NCBI RefSeq assembly: GCF_037042905.1
Contig: NC_087251.1
Span: 47,804,001-47,868,000 of the forward strand
Reading direction: 5' to 3'
Length of the DNA: 64,000 nucleotides
From: Lytechinus pictus
Lineage: Eukaryota
The notes beneath the pieces were generated by a model. The model made no database searches. It saw nothing but the letters and a program-made list of their open reading frames with translations, and was not told the origin of the DNA. Each line of letters starts with the position of its first letter. Position 1 is the first letter of the stretch. This document shows, in pieces, positions 36,605 to 51,299 of the stretch. Both the position numbers and the translations under genes were made by a program.

Positions 36605-37131
36605 CGAGTGGATACCATGCGCGACCATGGGGTCTCGAAAAGCACCCTAAACACGTAATTTCCATATTCTGAAAATGCACCCCTTAACAAGTATTGGCGC
36701 GTGAAACCCTACCATTAACAAGTATTGGAAACAAAACGATACTCTTGGCAAATATTCCCTGAAATGAACCCCTAAACAAGTACAGAAATGTTTTATTGTT
36801 ACGGGTCCTTCGGTCGTCGGCTTTACCTTATTTGGTTTAGTACGACCCCACTTGCTACACCTCGCGCAAATCGGACTCTAAACACGAAGTGTTGGGGCAA
36901 AATGGACATCCTTTATAAAACATTTTAATTTTGTTTTATCATTCCCGCAAATTCGACCCTAAACACGTAATTTTCCTAGCGAAATAGACACCCTTTTTTC
37001 ATTATTTTTGTGTTTTTGACACCCTTATCACGTTACGTACGTAACGTGCCCTATCGTGAAAAGGACATCCTTTTTACGTGTTTTTTGGGTCGCGCATGGT
37101 ATCCACTCGTCAATGTAAGTGGCCCCCCGGG
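36605..37131. mobile_element. Non-autonomous TIR element with CCCTAAAC subrepeats; left tip missing
   Basis: CGAGTGGATACCATGCGCGACC ... GGTCGCGCATGGTATCCACTCG, right end GTGGCCCCCCGGG. Confidence 0.7.
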
Positions 37132-37519
37132 AACTGTGTATGGCATTAAATGATAGTGCCAGATGGGTATGAACAACCTGTCTTGATTGTTGATGAACAC
37201 ATATCATTTGCTTGAAGTCAATGAATGCTTTCTGAGCAAAGATTTGAAGTCAAAAGCTAAATGATAGTGCTGGCTTTATGGAAAATGTGATGGGATTTCA
37301 ATGTGGTTGGAGTTATTAAGATTATCATCGCCCTCTCAAGACGGTTTTTACACATTATAATTGATTAACGAAGTGCACACATAGATACAAAAAATGCGTA
37401 TATCATTTCGATTAATTTCTTTTCGACCTCCATGTTTGAATGTAGGATGACAGAACACTAATTGATGAAATACCTTGCTCACGAGCATAAGTGCCATGGC
37501 TGGGGATCGAACCCCGAGT

Positions 37520-38047
37520 TCACTTCAACCCAAAAAAGTTGATTTCAATAAAAATAGCACAACACTGAAACTTTCATCAAAATCGGATGTAAAATAAAGT
37601 TATGACATTTTTCAATTTCTCGAAACAGTTTTAGGCACATCCTGGCCTGTACATGCAAATGAAGGGACTTATGACGTCGCCCACTCACTATTTCTTTTGT
37701 TTTTTATTCAAGATATGAAATATTTTCTCATCAGTGTAAAAAGTTTTATTTTCCCCCTGAATATGTGGAATTACTATTGTATTAACATTTTATGGTTCAG
37801 TCGAGTTTGTTCTTTTGAAAATTGAAATAACGTTTAATAAAAAACAAATAGTCAGTGAGGGACATCATCAACTCTCATTTACATGTCACTGAGTTTTGCG
37901 TATAACTTTTGTGAAAAATAAGCAAAACTTTTAGAATGTCTCAACTTTCTTATTTTTACATCCGATTTTGATGAAAATTTCAACATCATGCTTGTTGGAT
38001 TTTTCTCTATTGATTCAAATCAACATTTTCTGGGTTGGACTTGTCCT
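37520..38047. mobile_element. TTAA-target MITE, left end damaged
   Basis: Right end TGGACTTGTCCT|TTAA; CATCAAAATCGGATGTAAAA inverted pair; same family as 38137 and 60928. Confidence 0.7.
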
Positions 38048-38136
38048 TTAAATGTGTCTAGTCAGGCTTCTTAGACCACGCACTCGTCCACGGCACCTCC
38101 AAGCACCTAATGCAGGAGCAAGAAAAATAAAATTAA

Positions 38137-38713
38137 AGGTCAAGTCCACCCCAGAAAAAAAGTTGATTAAAATGAATAGAGAAAAATCAAACATGAATAA
38201 CACTGAAAACTTCATCAAAAGCGGATATAAAATAAAAAAGTTATGACATTTTAAAGTTTCGCTTATTTTTCACTAAACAGTTCTATGCTCAACTCAGGGA
38301 TATGCAAATGAGAGAGTCGATGATGTCACTAACTCACTATTTCTTTCAGTTTTTATAGTTTGAATTATACAATATTTCAATTAGGACTCCCTTGCTTGAA
38401 CCACAAAATGTTAACATAATGGAATTCCACGTGTTCAGGGAGGAATAAAACTTTGTTTCACATGACAATGACGAGAAAATAAAAATATTTCATATTTCAT
38501 ATAATAAAATGCAAAATAAATAGTGAGTGTGTGGGTGATGTCATCAGTCCCCTCGTTTGCATACCGAACAAGATGTGCATACTGTTTTGAAAATTTTTAA
38601 AATATTATAACTTGCTTACTTTACATCCGATTTTCATGAGAATTTCAGTGTTATGCTTATTTTATTTTTCTCTTTTTATTCAAATCGGCTATTTCTTGGG
38701 GTGGACTTGTCCT
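38137..38713. mobile_element. TTAA-target MITE (Kolobok-like)
   Basis: TTAA|AGGTCAAGTCCACCCC ... GGGGTGGACTTGTCCT|TTAC. Confidence 0.8.
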
Positions 38714-38764
38714 TTACCACACCTGCGCTCGTATTAAGCTATACGGTATAAGTTTCAAGACCTA

Positions 38765-38919
38765 GGCCCCATTGAATAAAAGTTTCCAATATGGTAACTT
38801 TGCCATCCAATGGTAGCTTGTATATGGACTCCTTGTTTTTTGATTGGCTGTTGATCAGCGTTACCATGGCAGTTGCCATTGGATGGCAAAGTAATCATAA
38901 CATTTTTGCAAAGGGACCC
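38765..38919. mobile_element. MITE family with GGTAACTTTGCCATCCAATGG arms (also 48394-48667, 60381-60536)
   Basis: Palindromic arms; three related copies in the window. Confidence 0.7.
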
Positions 38920-40559
38920 TGGCATCGAATTTAAAACGGGATAATTCTTGGATAATATTCAGGAGAAAATCACCCTTTCCAGAAATGAAACATGAGAAAG
39001 GAATAGAGGATGTAGCACAGAGAAGAGATTGCGAGGGAGGAAAGTAAGATAAGTGAATAAGCGGGAGGGGGGGGGGGGGAGATACAATGAATCGGGAATA
39101 CGATACTTGAAATTCAGAGTGATTGATGGAATGTGAAAATAGAGAGGGGGCGGTTCTATGAAGGGAAGAGATGATGAAAACTGCAAGCAATTAACTGGTT
39201 GACCATAATAAAATAATAGCATTATTGGTGCAAATGCAAACTGTACTTTTGTGGTTGTATTTTTTCTGTCCTTTTTAAATAAATAATGAATAAATACTGT
39301 ATGTTTTCTTCTTCTTCTTCTTTTCTGGGGGGGGGGAGGAGAAAGAAGGAAATTGGTATTTGTCCCCCAACTTGTTAGTTGCAGGGGGCACTACTAGCTC
39401 CCCCGCATCTGTCACCCGGCATAATGGGCTTGAATAGCTAATTAACTGCTTAGAGAGCAGCGAATTCAAAGGTAAACTTTTTGCCAAATCCCCGGGCCTG
39501 GGCCAAACCCATTTTATTCTATGAGCCACTATCTATTCTGAATATTAATTCACCGTGAGAGACCATGCATGGGTGGAAATCCCAGGGGGGGGGGGGCACG
39601 TTAGGCGTACTAAAAATAGTAGGGGACACGTATCAAATGTCCGCCCTATACTATTTTTTGTCTTTTCTGATGGAAAGAAATACATCATTCAAAATCGAAA
39701 TAAAACATGCATTTCGGTCGAAATTACGTTACATTTGGGGTGATAATCTTTTTTTTTTCTTTTTGCTTGTCAAATTTTCCAGCGTCTGGTCCCCCTACCT
39801 TCATAAATTTCCGCCCTTGTCAGAGAGTGCACTGGCGAGGGTAGGGTGTGCACTCTTTTCATGGTAAAAGTTTAACGGGATCCGGCTAGCTGCGATATCG
39901 TAGGCCTCTAAGAAATTATAAACTTTCTACAACATATACTTTTTCGAAAATGAACTTTATTTGTTACTCTGAGCTAATTTTTACTACAGAACGCCTTAAT
40001 AGGCGGTTAAAAACACCTGAATGAAAAAAGAGTGAAATCTACCTTTTCTCAAATGATGTCATATTTCGATTAGAATTATAAGCGAGACTTAAAAAAAATT
40101 AAACGAGAAACCGGTTAAATATTTATTTCAATTATCTGCCATCCTCAGTTTAAGTGTAATGAAAAATTCATATATCATTAATGAATTGGTTACAGGTCGT
40201 TTACTAACTATGTAGGCCCTACCTTTTTTTTCAAAAATGATACAATTTGCCGGACAATTTGGTTTAGTTTGACACAGCGTTGAAGAGAGATGGGGCGCGG
40301 TCATCGGAACCGATCCCTCAGTTCTGGAAGGAGCCTGCTGTGAAGGAAAAACAAGGTTTACCAAAAGAAAATAATATCCAACCCCAAACATCATAACTTA
40401 ACATGTCATTGAATTAATCGAACACTTCCTTTCCGCTCTGGCATGCTCCCCTCCCCTTTCTTGTTAGATAAATCTTATATAATCATGACAGCTTCGGCTT
40501 CTAAAATAGCATCTTCCTATCCAACCGTGTTTGATCTTGCCGATAGGTAAGAAAAAGAA

Positions 40560-41000
40560 GCATTCATGCATTACGCGGTGGCGCTGGCAGTCTGGGCGCT
40601 GGTGATGGACGATTCGTCGATTAAAAATCCCGAGCTAGGAAGATATATGGAGCTGCCGTACTAGAACAGAGCGTGAATCCCGGCGTGAATCTTGAATTTG
40701 AAGCAGTTGAGAGGTATGTAGGCTTGTTTAAATACTATTTTCTGTGTAGTTCGGCAATGTTTCTGAGGATATTCAAATATTTTGTCGGCTTTGTTTTTTG
40801 CCTTTTTGGAACGATAATCGCTTTGCAGTCCTTGCTACCACTACACAATAACACATATTGAAACGCCACCAGCAGATTAGCCGCCATTTACCAAGACACC
40901 AACGGGCGCTGCCTCACAGGTGGCCCTCGGTCTCCGCACGGTGTGAACGATGTGTTGGGTTAGTGGGCGGCTCCCTGTGCTTGCGCTTTCGGATGCCACA
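40560..41000 (+). promoter_or_regulatory. CpG-enriched probable promoter / non-coding first exon of the Rab15-like gene
   Basis: Locally GC/CpG-rich non-repeat DNA; candidate donors GTAAGA at 40547 and GTATGT at 40714; strong acceptor before 41610. Confidence 0.45.
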
Positions 41001-41905
41001 TTGAATTCCTACTTCAATTTAAAACAGGAAATTCGTAATTGTTGCCCGTTCTAAGCCAAATTGGTGGAAATACTCAAAGGAATGTTACTAAACATGTCTC
41101 ACAATAAAGCTTTAAAAATTAAGCTGTATCATTTATTATAAAATATTAACTGTGAAAACTGTGATCATAGTTAGTAATACTTCAAACCTGTTAAATAATG
41201 ATAATAATAATGATGATGATGATGATACTATGACAATTAATGCCATGATCATGGTGACAATTTTGCATTAATTGTTATAGGGCTAATATAAAGTTTATTA
41301 ATGTGGCAATCACAGTTTACTTGACGATCTTATACAGTAGTACATTATTTTTCACCAGACTACCAGTGACAGCTAGACTAGAGCTAGTGCCCCAAATTTG
41401 CATTCTTCAATAATCGAGCTAGAGCTAATTGTTCAAACTGCGACTTTCATTTATTATTAATTACATAGTTGCATACTTAGACAACCTATCCTTGATTTTA
41501 ATTGTTTTATTGTTATCATATCCTCCAGTTGTTGGTAGTACAGTTGTAACCTGTATGCAACAAGTCCACACTCATTTAATTTCTACCTTTTCTCCCCCAA
41601 TCTGTACAGGTGCTGTTACTTGTAAGAGTCGTTCTTGCTTGGTTTTCAAGCAAGGATGTTTGTACTGCTATGTACTGAGAAGACTTGAGATGTTTGCACA
41701 GACAATCTAGTCTGGCTCTGAACAATACACCTTTCTCCTTCTTCATATGCTTCGAGGTTGAGACAAAAAATCCTTCAAAAGACTCCCTTGTACAACTGAT
41801 ACAAGTGCAATTTCCCATGGATCATATATCTGCACTACCTCTGTTATGCTTTGATATCATGCTATGAAATGAAAAAGTACTGAACGAGGACATTTTTTTG
41901 TCAAA

Positions 41906-42029
41906 ATGGCGAAACAATACGATGTTCTGATAAGACTTCTAATGCTGGGAGACTCTGGTGTTGGCAAAACGTGTATGTTGTGTAAATTTACAGAGGAAGC
42001 CTTTAGCCACACACACATTGCCACGATAG
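41906..42029 (+). CDS. RAB15: Rab15-like GTPase coding exon 1
   Basis: [41 protein letters not shown](G); MAKQYDVL start and P-loop as in Rab15; donor GTAAGT. Confidence 0.92.
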
Positions 42030-43367
42030 GTAAGTAAGACTCTTGTTTGTTTTTCTTTTTCATCTTATTATCTTTCTATTCAATTTGTGAGTCAGACATC
42101 TTGGTGAGAGAGAGAGTTACAGTCATACATGTAGGTCTTGACTTAAATCTTATAATGAAATGAAAGGCCTAATGAAGGATGGTGCCATGCTGCGTTAGGA
42201 TTGCAAAATTGATTAAACAACATACTGAATGTATCAAACAGGGTTTACTTCCTGAATTTAAATCATGTACTACAACACATTGATTTGTACAGCTAAGCAT
42301 ACATTGTAAAGTATGTACATACAGGAGTTTATTTTTTCCATTATTAATTATGTGATAATTCAATAACAATTAATTGCATTTCATCTGTTTAAAAAATCAC
42401 AATCTGTGTCAGATGAATCATTGATCAAGGTTTGATGTGCTATTCAGGGAACACTGATGATCAGAGTAGACCAATAGCCCTAAAACCTATGTAAAATACA
42501 AATTCCATGCAGAGTATGTACATGTACAATAAAGTGTAATAGGAAAAACTTACATGATCAACATGCACTTTTTATAGAATATTGTATGGTATAGTTATTC
42601 TCACTATCAAATAAAGTTTTTCTTTCATCTGATTGTGGATCAGAACTCCAGAATACTGTACGTACATCATCTAGCCTTTCAGCAGAATAATTTGAAATCT
42701 CATTGAAATGCCTTTACCATTTGATTATTTAGCTTATTCAGTTTCTTAAATTTGCTGATTAAAATATCATTTTGATACTTGCAATAGGATGAAAATATGA
42801 ATTTAAGTCTTATACTAAACTGGTCTCTCTTAATGAAGATTGCAAATAGTTAATTCTGGCAACTAACAACTGAGCTACCTGAGATTAGAAGACTAGATGC
42901 TGTTAAAGAACAATCCACTTCTTATTTGCTTATAATTATTCACATTCCTTGGTCGTTTGGATACTTCTGGTAGACTACAGCTATTTTGATATTTGTTCAC
43001 AAATGACTGTTTAAGTTAGCTTTTAACCCAGAGATTGGGTTTTTTAATTGTGCCTTAATGGCAGAAAAAAATTACAATTTCAGGGGCCTCATCCATCAAT
43101 ATATGATGCTAAGAAAGAAAAAGTCACAACAAATAATGCTACTTATAATGGAAATTAATTTAGTATGAAATTATAAAATGTTATTTGGAAAATGAATAGA
43201 TGTGTGTGTGTCTTTGGCTTCTTGTATACAGTTTATGCGATTTAAGAAATTAAGTATTTATGGGAAAATTCAGAAAAATGAAAGAAATAAAAAAAATAAA
43301 GAAAATAAATATACAAGTTTTGACTTATTACTAACAGGAATGGTGACAGCATCGCTTTTCTTGTATT

Positions 43368-43817
43368 ATATTGATTAGGAACATAAGAGTAATCAAGTAT
43401 CACTGAACATCCTGTGCACATTTCAGGTCTCATGACCAAGGTCAAAGTTCAATGAACTTTGGCCATAATGGGGGTATCTGTTGAATTACCATCATAACTT
43501 TGAAAGTTTATGGATCTGACTCATGAAGCTTGGACATAAGAGTAATCAAGTATCACTGAACATCCTGTGCGAGTTTTAGGTCACGTGTTCAAGGTCAAAG
43601 GTCATGTAAGGTCAATGAACTTTGGCCATGTTGGGGGTAATTGTTGAATTACCATCATATCTCTGTAAGTGTATTGGTCTAGTTCATAAAACGTGGACAT
43701 AAGAGTGACCAAGTATCACTGAACATCTTGTGCGAGTTATAGTAGTTTTCAAAGTCAGCACTGCTGCTATATCGAATCGCATGATGCAGGTGAGACCGCC
43801 AGAGGCATTCCACTTGT
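43368..43817 (-). mobile_element. Partial HINE family A copy
   Basis: Reverse complement of 18011 onward, with ~3 tandem units. Confidence 0.8.
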
Positions 43818-45072
43818 TTACCTGTGTCCATCCCAAAATTTCAGGTGGACCCCCCTTAATTTTTTGGCTTCCGCCGCCAATGTGTACTATGATTACTGAT
43901 GCAGGGAATAATTTTCCTGGTATCGCATCGCAATTTGCTCCACATTTTCGAAAGACTGCCACGCATAAAGTATTTTGTATAGCATGTTTTTACATAGGAC
44001 TGTACATTACCTACATGTAGTTGAGAGCTTTTCTCTTATGACCAAAAATGCTATTCAAATTTGTAAAGCATAATTATTCCCTGCTGATGGTAGTAGTATT
44101 ATACTTAAATGAAACAGTAGAAGTAGTATCAGTTTTAACAATCCTGTTTTGACAATGAAAAGAAAGTACCACTGACCATCTAAAAGGACTCACTCATGCT
44201 TGCTGAATAAAAACCTTCAAAGGATACTACTAAATAATGGTGAGCTCAACATATCAAAGGCTTTTACATTCCAACTGAATTGTAAAGAGGAGTCAATGAT
44301 AAGTAAATACCTGACGGAAAGAGCAAAGAAGTGCTGTATTTATTTAGCTCTTGATCACTTCATAGCATTGCTGTTACTATGTCTATGTGATTTGAGGGTT
44401 GTTATGATCAAATTTTGGTGTAAAGTGTATGTTATAATGAATAGTTTAATTAGTTTTCCACCCAATTCAAAGAGAATGAAGTATATAAAAAAACAAAAGC
44501 AAGAAGAAAGAAAAACATAAAAATAAGCAGACAAATAAAATATTATACATTAACTAAATTTACAACGCCAAGTCACAAATTGAACCTTCATTAAACTGTT
44601 TCGTGCATTTTCCCAAAATAATTTTGCCACTCTGTATTGGAATATTAAGGTTCTCTTGAAACAATATTATTATTTGAGTTGAACTAATGGTTAAAAAATA
44701 ATCTGTATTGGTTCGAAGTCATATTTCTGTCAATGAAAATGTCTTTCGTTTAATGAGATCAAGATATTACAGTACAGGTATGTCTCCAATTTATACTAAA
44801 ATTCATGCTAAAAATAATAAAATGATCTATGATCAGGATTTGTTTTTATAAAAACTTTCATAATCCATTGTGTTCTGTAGATCCAAAGTATAGGTTTATG
44901 TTGCATTTAAAAGACTAACAATGTATACATTTTTAACATATTGTTTTTCTTAGATTAATGACATTCATAATTCTATATAGACTTTTTGAGAAGTCACCAG
45001 TTTTCTTCTTACAACATTTATTCTCTATCAGCTTTTTACTTTAAATAACTGTTTCTTATTTCTGCATAACAG

Positions 45073-45133
45073 GTATCGACTTTAAAATGAAAACCCTTGT
45101 GGTGGATGATAAAAAGATTCGCATTCAGATATG
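45073..45133 (+). CDS. RAB15: Rab15-like coding exon 2
   Basis: 61 nt, AG/GT: IDFKMKTLVVDDKKIRIQI(W). Confidence 0.93.
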
Positions 45134-46186
45134 GTGAGTAGATCTGTGTATTTGATGAGTAATGGTATCTAGACTAAATATTTGCATTATCCCAGAATTC
45201 CATGCATGCCTTCGATTGTGGAGGTCAGGGACTGTGATTGTTCGCATTGATTGTTCTGCATGGGTTCACACAACACAAGTTCAATATTAACAAATGACTG
45301 ACTGGGAGCTGTATATTTATGCAAAGCAAAGCTGTGAATTGTACTTTACTGAATACATGTAGGCTATATTGCATAGAATGTTGGTTTACGCAGCATGAAT
45401 GCAATAATCATGTTGTTTAGCCTTGGGGCATGAAACATTCTACACAATAGGGAAAAAGAAGATTAAAGGCTTAAGCCTTATTTTATTTTGTCCCTTTGTT
45501 TTTCTGCCTTGCATTTTTCCAGATTATCTGCCATTGTTCAATATTTTTATCAATAGTGTACATGTAAACTTCTAAATAGGCCTGTGTTCTCAGAGAGGTT
45601 TTGTACCATGGTACAAAACCATTGATTATGCAGATTTATTGTATTTTATAGCACTTCCATTTTAGCGCCCTTTACCAATTTAGGCGCACTGTGCACATTT
45701 CATTGGATTTTCTTAGTCATAGTGTATGTGATACATACATAATTATGTGCAAAAATCTGCATAGTCCATGGTTTTGTCATTTGTACCATAGAAAAGACAC
45801 TATAATTTGTTGTCTTATGATATTACCAATTTTGCCTATTTTTATTTTATATCATACAATACAGTGAGGAAATATAATATTGTACACTAGTACTGTATTT
45901 TCCATGACCTTGCTGTGCAATTTCTTTTTTGTCCTTAAACTATAGAAAGTCTGGTGATTCAAAATAAAGTGTTACAAATTTCAAAGGGTTTAACTGATGA
46001 ATTGTTATGCTTTTAGCTTGTCATTTACAAGACAAGCAAAGCTTAGATGTTTTATTTCCTATGGAAACCTCTATAGGAATCATTGTATATTTGGGTTGGC
46101 AGTCAGTGCATTTCAAATACTGCAGGTTGAACTCGACCCTGTTCTCCCTACACTTTCTTGAATTGGTTTTCCTTAAACAAGTTTAA

Positions 46187-46687
46187 AGGGGAAGTTCACC
46201 CTGACATAAGGTTTACTGTAAAAACAGAACAAATAATAAAGAATATTGCCGAAGGTTTGAGAAAAATCCATCAAAGTATAAAAAAGTTATTAGAATTTTG
46301 ATTATATGATTTGTGATGTCATATGTGAGCAGGATTCCTACATAGCAAATGGTAAAAAATCAATGTAATGTCATTTTCTCAAAAAATTGAAAATGATTTT
46401 TACTGTACCTTTTTTATATCCATATTCAAATCATTTCACACACGATCATGAAGAGAAAACAAAAATAAGTCATCAGAAACCAATAAAAAATGAAATTCCT
46501 CCATTTTATGTTACATAACATATGGGGCAGCTGCTCATTTATGACGTCACAAATCCAAAACCTTAAATTCTAATAACTTTCTTAATCTTTAATGGATTTT
46601 CCTCAAACCTTCACCAATAGTTTTTTATAAAGTTTTCTGCTGTTTTTACTTTTTACAACAAACTTTTCTTCAGGGTGAACATCTCCT
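46187..46687. mobile_element. TTAA-target MITE nested in an older small repeat
   Basis: TTAA|AGGGGAAGTTCACCCTGA ... TCAGGGTGAACATCTCCT|TTAA; flanks resemble the reverse complement of bases 10-83. Confidence 0.8.
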
Positions 46688-48300
46688 TTAAGAAACCGAT
46701 TCAGAAGACCCAATGCTCATGAGTATTTGGCTCACACATTGCACTTGAAGTGAAGTTGTGTAAGACATTTATTCATTCTGCCTGGTACTGCATTTTTACT
46801 ATAAGCAGATCTCATTTTTCAAATGAGGTCTTCATAAAAGGGTGGGGGTATTAATCATCTAGTTTTCAATTTAAACAATCCATAAAAGCCACAATGTTTT
46901 GTTTTAATTTATATTTTTTCTTACTTCCAAATGAGGACGATTAATTATTATGATTCATTTTTCAAAGAAAACATCGCCACATGTCAAAACATCTTTGATT
47001 TAGTAATATTTGTAATATTTGCTTTGATAACAATGGGTGAAGTCATGGTACACAGCCATGAATAAACAATATTTATTGCAATCAACCATTCAGGAATATC
47101 TTAATACAAATTTATATAGCGTGATAAGCAATGTTTATAATAGACAGGTAAAAGTCATTTGATCCACTATTAAGATTTTTTGTCGTAGTGAACACACTTC
47201 CTATCTGCTCAGTGTGACCTGCATTTTTTAGTATTTTCTTTTTAATTTTGTCATGATAAATACTTCGTGAAAAATGTATTAGGTACCTGGTATATAATCA
47301 CCCTTGTCATGAATGGTGTTCTTGAGAGAAGCACCTTTTGAGTTATAGAATCCTTATATATAAGTTGAGATTTTTACCTTGGCGAAATCTCTTATTTGGT
47401 CTCATAAATCGCCCAATACATGTATGTATGAGTACACAGCATTACCATAGTTTCATATTTTGCTCATATGAGCAAAGTATGAAACTATGGTACGGTAATG
47501 TTGTAAAGTCATATTTGGCAATTTATGAGACCAAATAAATACCAAGATTTTACCAAGGTAAAAATCTGAAATCCATATCCTTTTGTTTTCCTGCAAACCC
47601 TTGTATAATACAAGGAATTTTCTCTTAATAAAAAAAATTCTGAACAATGTAAACACTGCTTTAGTATATTTACACACATTGCATGTTATGTTGAATTTCT
47701 GTTCTCTTTGATACTCTTTAAGCAATATTTTTAAACAGAAGGGCATTACCAACCACCATCCTACATATATTTTACATTTTGTTAAACTACATGTGGTTGA
47801 TTGTTTGTTTGTTTTATTTCCGTATATAAAATAACAAATACAAAGTACATACAAATACATATAACATGAGCTGATGAGGTCAAAGTTAAGATACAATAAT
47901 AAAAGGTAAGGAGTAAAGTAAATTGTATGGCTGGTAGTCCATGAAAAAAATAGTTCTGAAGACAACAAGAACACACTTGTCGAGACATCTAGTTTTGGTG
48001 GTCCTTTCAATTGCCCATGAAAGCTACATGGTGTACCATGAAACCCACTATACACTTCTTTTTCACCATGAAAACCTTCAGAAGTTACAAGATACAGTTC
48101 TATTACCCAAGGCCAAAAGACTTGTTCACTATTCACACAGCTCCCAACTATTTCTCACTTATCAATCATCAGTATGTACTGGCTCTTATGTATCCAAAAC
48201 TACAATGTATTCCCTTCTTACTACAATTTGTTGTCTTGTATAGCATTCAAATAAATTGTTTCAGAAAAAATTTTCACTCTCAATTGATATTTCCATACAG

Positions 48301-48361
48301 GGACACAGCTGGGCAGGAGAGATATGACACAATTACAAAGCAGTATTTCAGGAGGGCACAG
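48301..48361 (+). CDS. RAB15: Rab15-like coding exon 3
   Basis: 61 nt: DTAGQERYDTITKQYFRRAQ (G3; TITKQY..RAQ is Rab15-typical). Confidence 0.94.
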
Positions 48362-48393
48362 GTAATGTTTACATAGAAAATAGATCCCAGCTA

Positions 48394-48667
48394 GGCCTGT
48401 TGCATGCAAGTTACTATTACGGTAACTTTTCCATACAATGGTAACTACAGTTGTTACAGTGCTCATCAGCCAGTCAAAATCAAGGAGTCCATGAAAGTTA
48501 CCATTGGATGGCAAAGTTACCATAATGATAACTTAACTAACTTTGCCATCCAATGGTTACCACTATGTTAACTAACGCTGATCTACAGCCAATCAAAATC
48601 AGGAGTCCATGGTAGTTACCATTGGATGGCAAAGTTCCATAATAGTAACTTTTATGCAACAGGGTCC
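48394..48667. mobile_element. MITE with internally duplicated body
   Basis: GGCCTGTTGCAT ... ATGCAACAGGGTCC ends enclosing two ~120-bp copies of the 38765-type body. Confidence 0.7.
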
Positions 48668-49181
48668 AGGTGATAAGGAGCCCAACACAAATCGAACCAA
48701 CCTTGACAAAGACATACATTTGCCTTTGATCTAGTTTCTGGAAGATGGCCCTTGGTGCCTCTAATATAGTATTATTCACCCACAATGAATATATTTTTGG
48801 AGTCACCTCTTGCCCATTAGCTTGAGTTATTACATGCATGGCAGGGTATATTTTTCTCATATTTTGAATCATAATTAAAGAAAAAATGAAACCATATTAG
48901 ATTACCATTTTGATTGTAGATATATATATGTTTACAGTTCTTTTTCTTTTACATACCATTTTTCAATATTGTGGATACACGAAATCTAGTTGAAAATACA
49001 CATGATTGTGAAAATGTGATCAGTTTATACCAAAATTCAATTTAATAACTTGAATGATTTTCAAAAATATCTTTTATTGCCCTAAATGTTGTTTGATTTT
49101 AATCAGTTTCTCAAAATACAGATTGATACCAGTTTTACCAGAATAAAGGAAAACATGTATTTTTTGTGTGTTTTGACACAG

Positions 49182-49259
49182 GGTATCATGCTTGTCTATG
49201 ACATCACAAGTGAAACCTCATTCAGGAATCTCAGCAAATGGCTGAACATGATAGATGCG
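49182..49259 (+). CDS. RAB15: Rab15-like coding exon 4
   Basis: 78 nt: GIMLVYDITSETSFRNLSKWLNMIDA. Confidence 0.93.
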
Positions 49260-50785
49260 GTAAGAATGTAACAGTAGCGGATGCCCATGACTGGGTCCAT
49301 CTCCTGTCAGATGTTCTTTTATTATTCTATCAAAAATCAATAAAATCATTTATTGACTGGGCGCATAGGGAAATTATTGATTGGTCTACAACCACTTTAT
49401 CTACTTTCCATTTGGTCTCATCCCTGATGGTATAATCCTACTTCATCTATTACGAGTTTGTCTTCAAACCATTTGGTCAAATTAACATAGAACATTTACC
49501 ATTTTGTTTAATTCCCAGTGAGGCTATACCAATTTGTTTATTATCTTTTTGGTCTTACACGATTTAGTCTATATGATGAGATGAACTGTGTAGGCCTATG
49601 AACCAATTTTCATTTGACAAAATGCAAAATAGTAAGTAGGCCAAGTGGAAATTAGACTAAATGAGAATTAGACTAATTGGGTATTAGACCAAATGCAGTG
49701 TAGACCAGATGGTAATTGGACCAAAATGATAGTAGACCAAACCAACTGCTTGTAGACCAAGTGAATATAAACCCAAGTTAGTATCCCACCGCTGCCACCA
49801 TATATCCAGTGAAACGACACAAACCAATACTAGAGATGCAAATCTAATCACAATAAATGTTCTTTTTTTATGTACATTGCAGAATAACTATAATTCACAA
49901 ACAATATATTGATTGTATAATATTGATGTATTGCTGCAGTTTTTTAGATGTGTCTAGTTTTAGTGGAGTTTATAATTATTTTTATAGGATAATACTGTCT
50001 TTGTGGTTCAGCAAGTCTTGCCTTTGGTTGTAGTAGGTCCATGGTAGGAAGGAGGGTTATAGAATTGTATGATCGAGTACAACTCTTAAAGGTGCATACT
50101 TTACATTATGTTGAGCCTTCTTATTAGTATTACTACAAGGCTATGAACTCACTTTTTTTTTATAATTGAAAAAAACCCATGAAGAATCACAATATTTACA
50201 ATTATACATGTGTATGAAGTTTTGTTGTTGTTGGTAAGTGAAAACCGCAAATGTTTAAAGCTTCCAAGTACTGCATATAACTTCAGTACTTTGTTTAAAT
50301 GTACAGAGTGCACTATATCTTATTTCAAAGCTTTCCAAGATATTTGGAAAAAAACATACATTGAAAAAGTTATTTAAGGATTGTCTGATAGTTCCTGATG
50401 GCCTTTTTGTGTAATTACTTTCATATAGTGATGAATTTTATATCCTGGTATTAATATTATGCTGCATGGAATGCAATACTTTGCCAAACATATATGCTGG
50501 TATGTGACTGCAAGAACTCTGATTCTGTTCTTCAGAATCAGATTGGATCATATAACGTTTATAAGTCGTATATACACTAATAATAGTATAGTGCCCTCGC
50601 TCCAATGAGGAATAAGGTCACAATAAGACTACTGAACATCACAAGCCAATTTCATATTTTATAGAGAAAAGGGACATTTTGAGATTGAGGGATGGCACTT
50701 CTATCCAGTACATGTGCAGTAGTTTCCTTGTGTAGATTCTAATGATGCGATTATTATCATTATATATTTACATATTTTTTTATAG

Positions 50786-50872
50786 GGTGCTGGTGATGTT
50801 GCTAAATTCCTGGTTGCTAATAAATCAGATGCATCGGCTCTCCGGATTATATCAAGGCAAGAGGGCGAAATG
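50786..50872 (+). CDS. RAB15: Rab15-like coding exon 5
   Basis: 87 nt: GAGDVAKFLVANKSDASALRIISRQEGEM (G4 NKxD). Confidence 0.92.
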
Positions 50873-51299
50873 GTGAGGAAGGAGAAAAGGCTATTCATTA
50901 CCAAGGTTTCTCTAATCAAAGTAGTTATCTAGCAAGTTCTTTTAAGTTTCATATCTGGAAAAAAATATTTAGGGAGTCAAGAATCTTTTAACTACGTTTT
51001 TATCATTGAAAAGAGAAAGACTTGCCTTTGGAACAAAATTTTATTTCAGGTGAAGCTTTGTATTCACAATGGATAAACTGAGAGAATGAATACTAAGTAG
51101 TCATGAAGAAATTAAAATCTGTCATTTTGAGGTAGTTTATATATACAATATTTGCATGAAAACAATGAAATAATGGAAACAAATTTTAACAACGGAAGTT
51201 TATCACTTTTATCTGCTTTGATGATTGAAATTAAATATCTGTTTCTATGATACGATTTATTTGATGGTTAAATTCATTTGATCTTTTTTTTTTTCGCAG

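Noticed and set aside
47453..48136. 227-aa minus-strand ORF in Rab15 intron 2
   Set aside because: No recognisable motif, AT-rich composition; possibly overlaps a decayed repeat.
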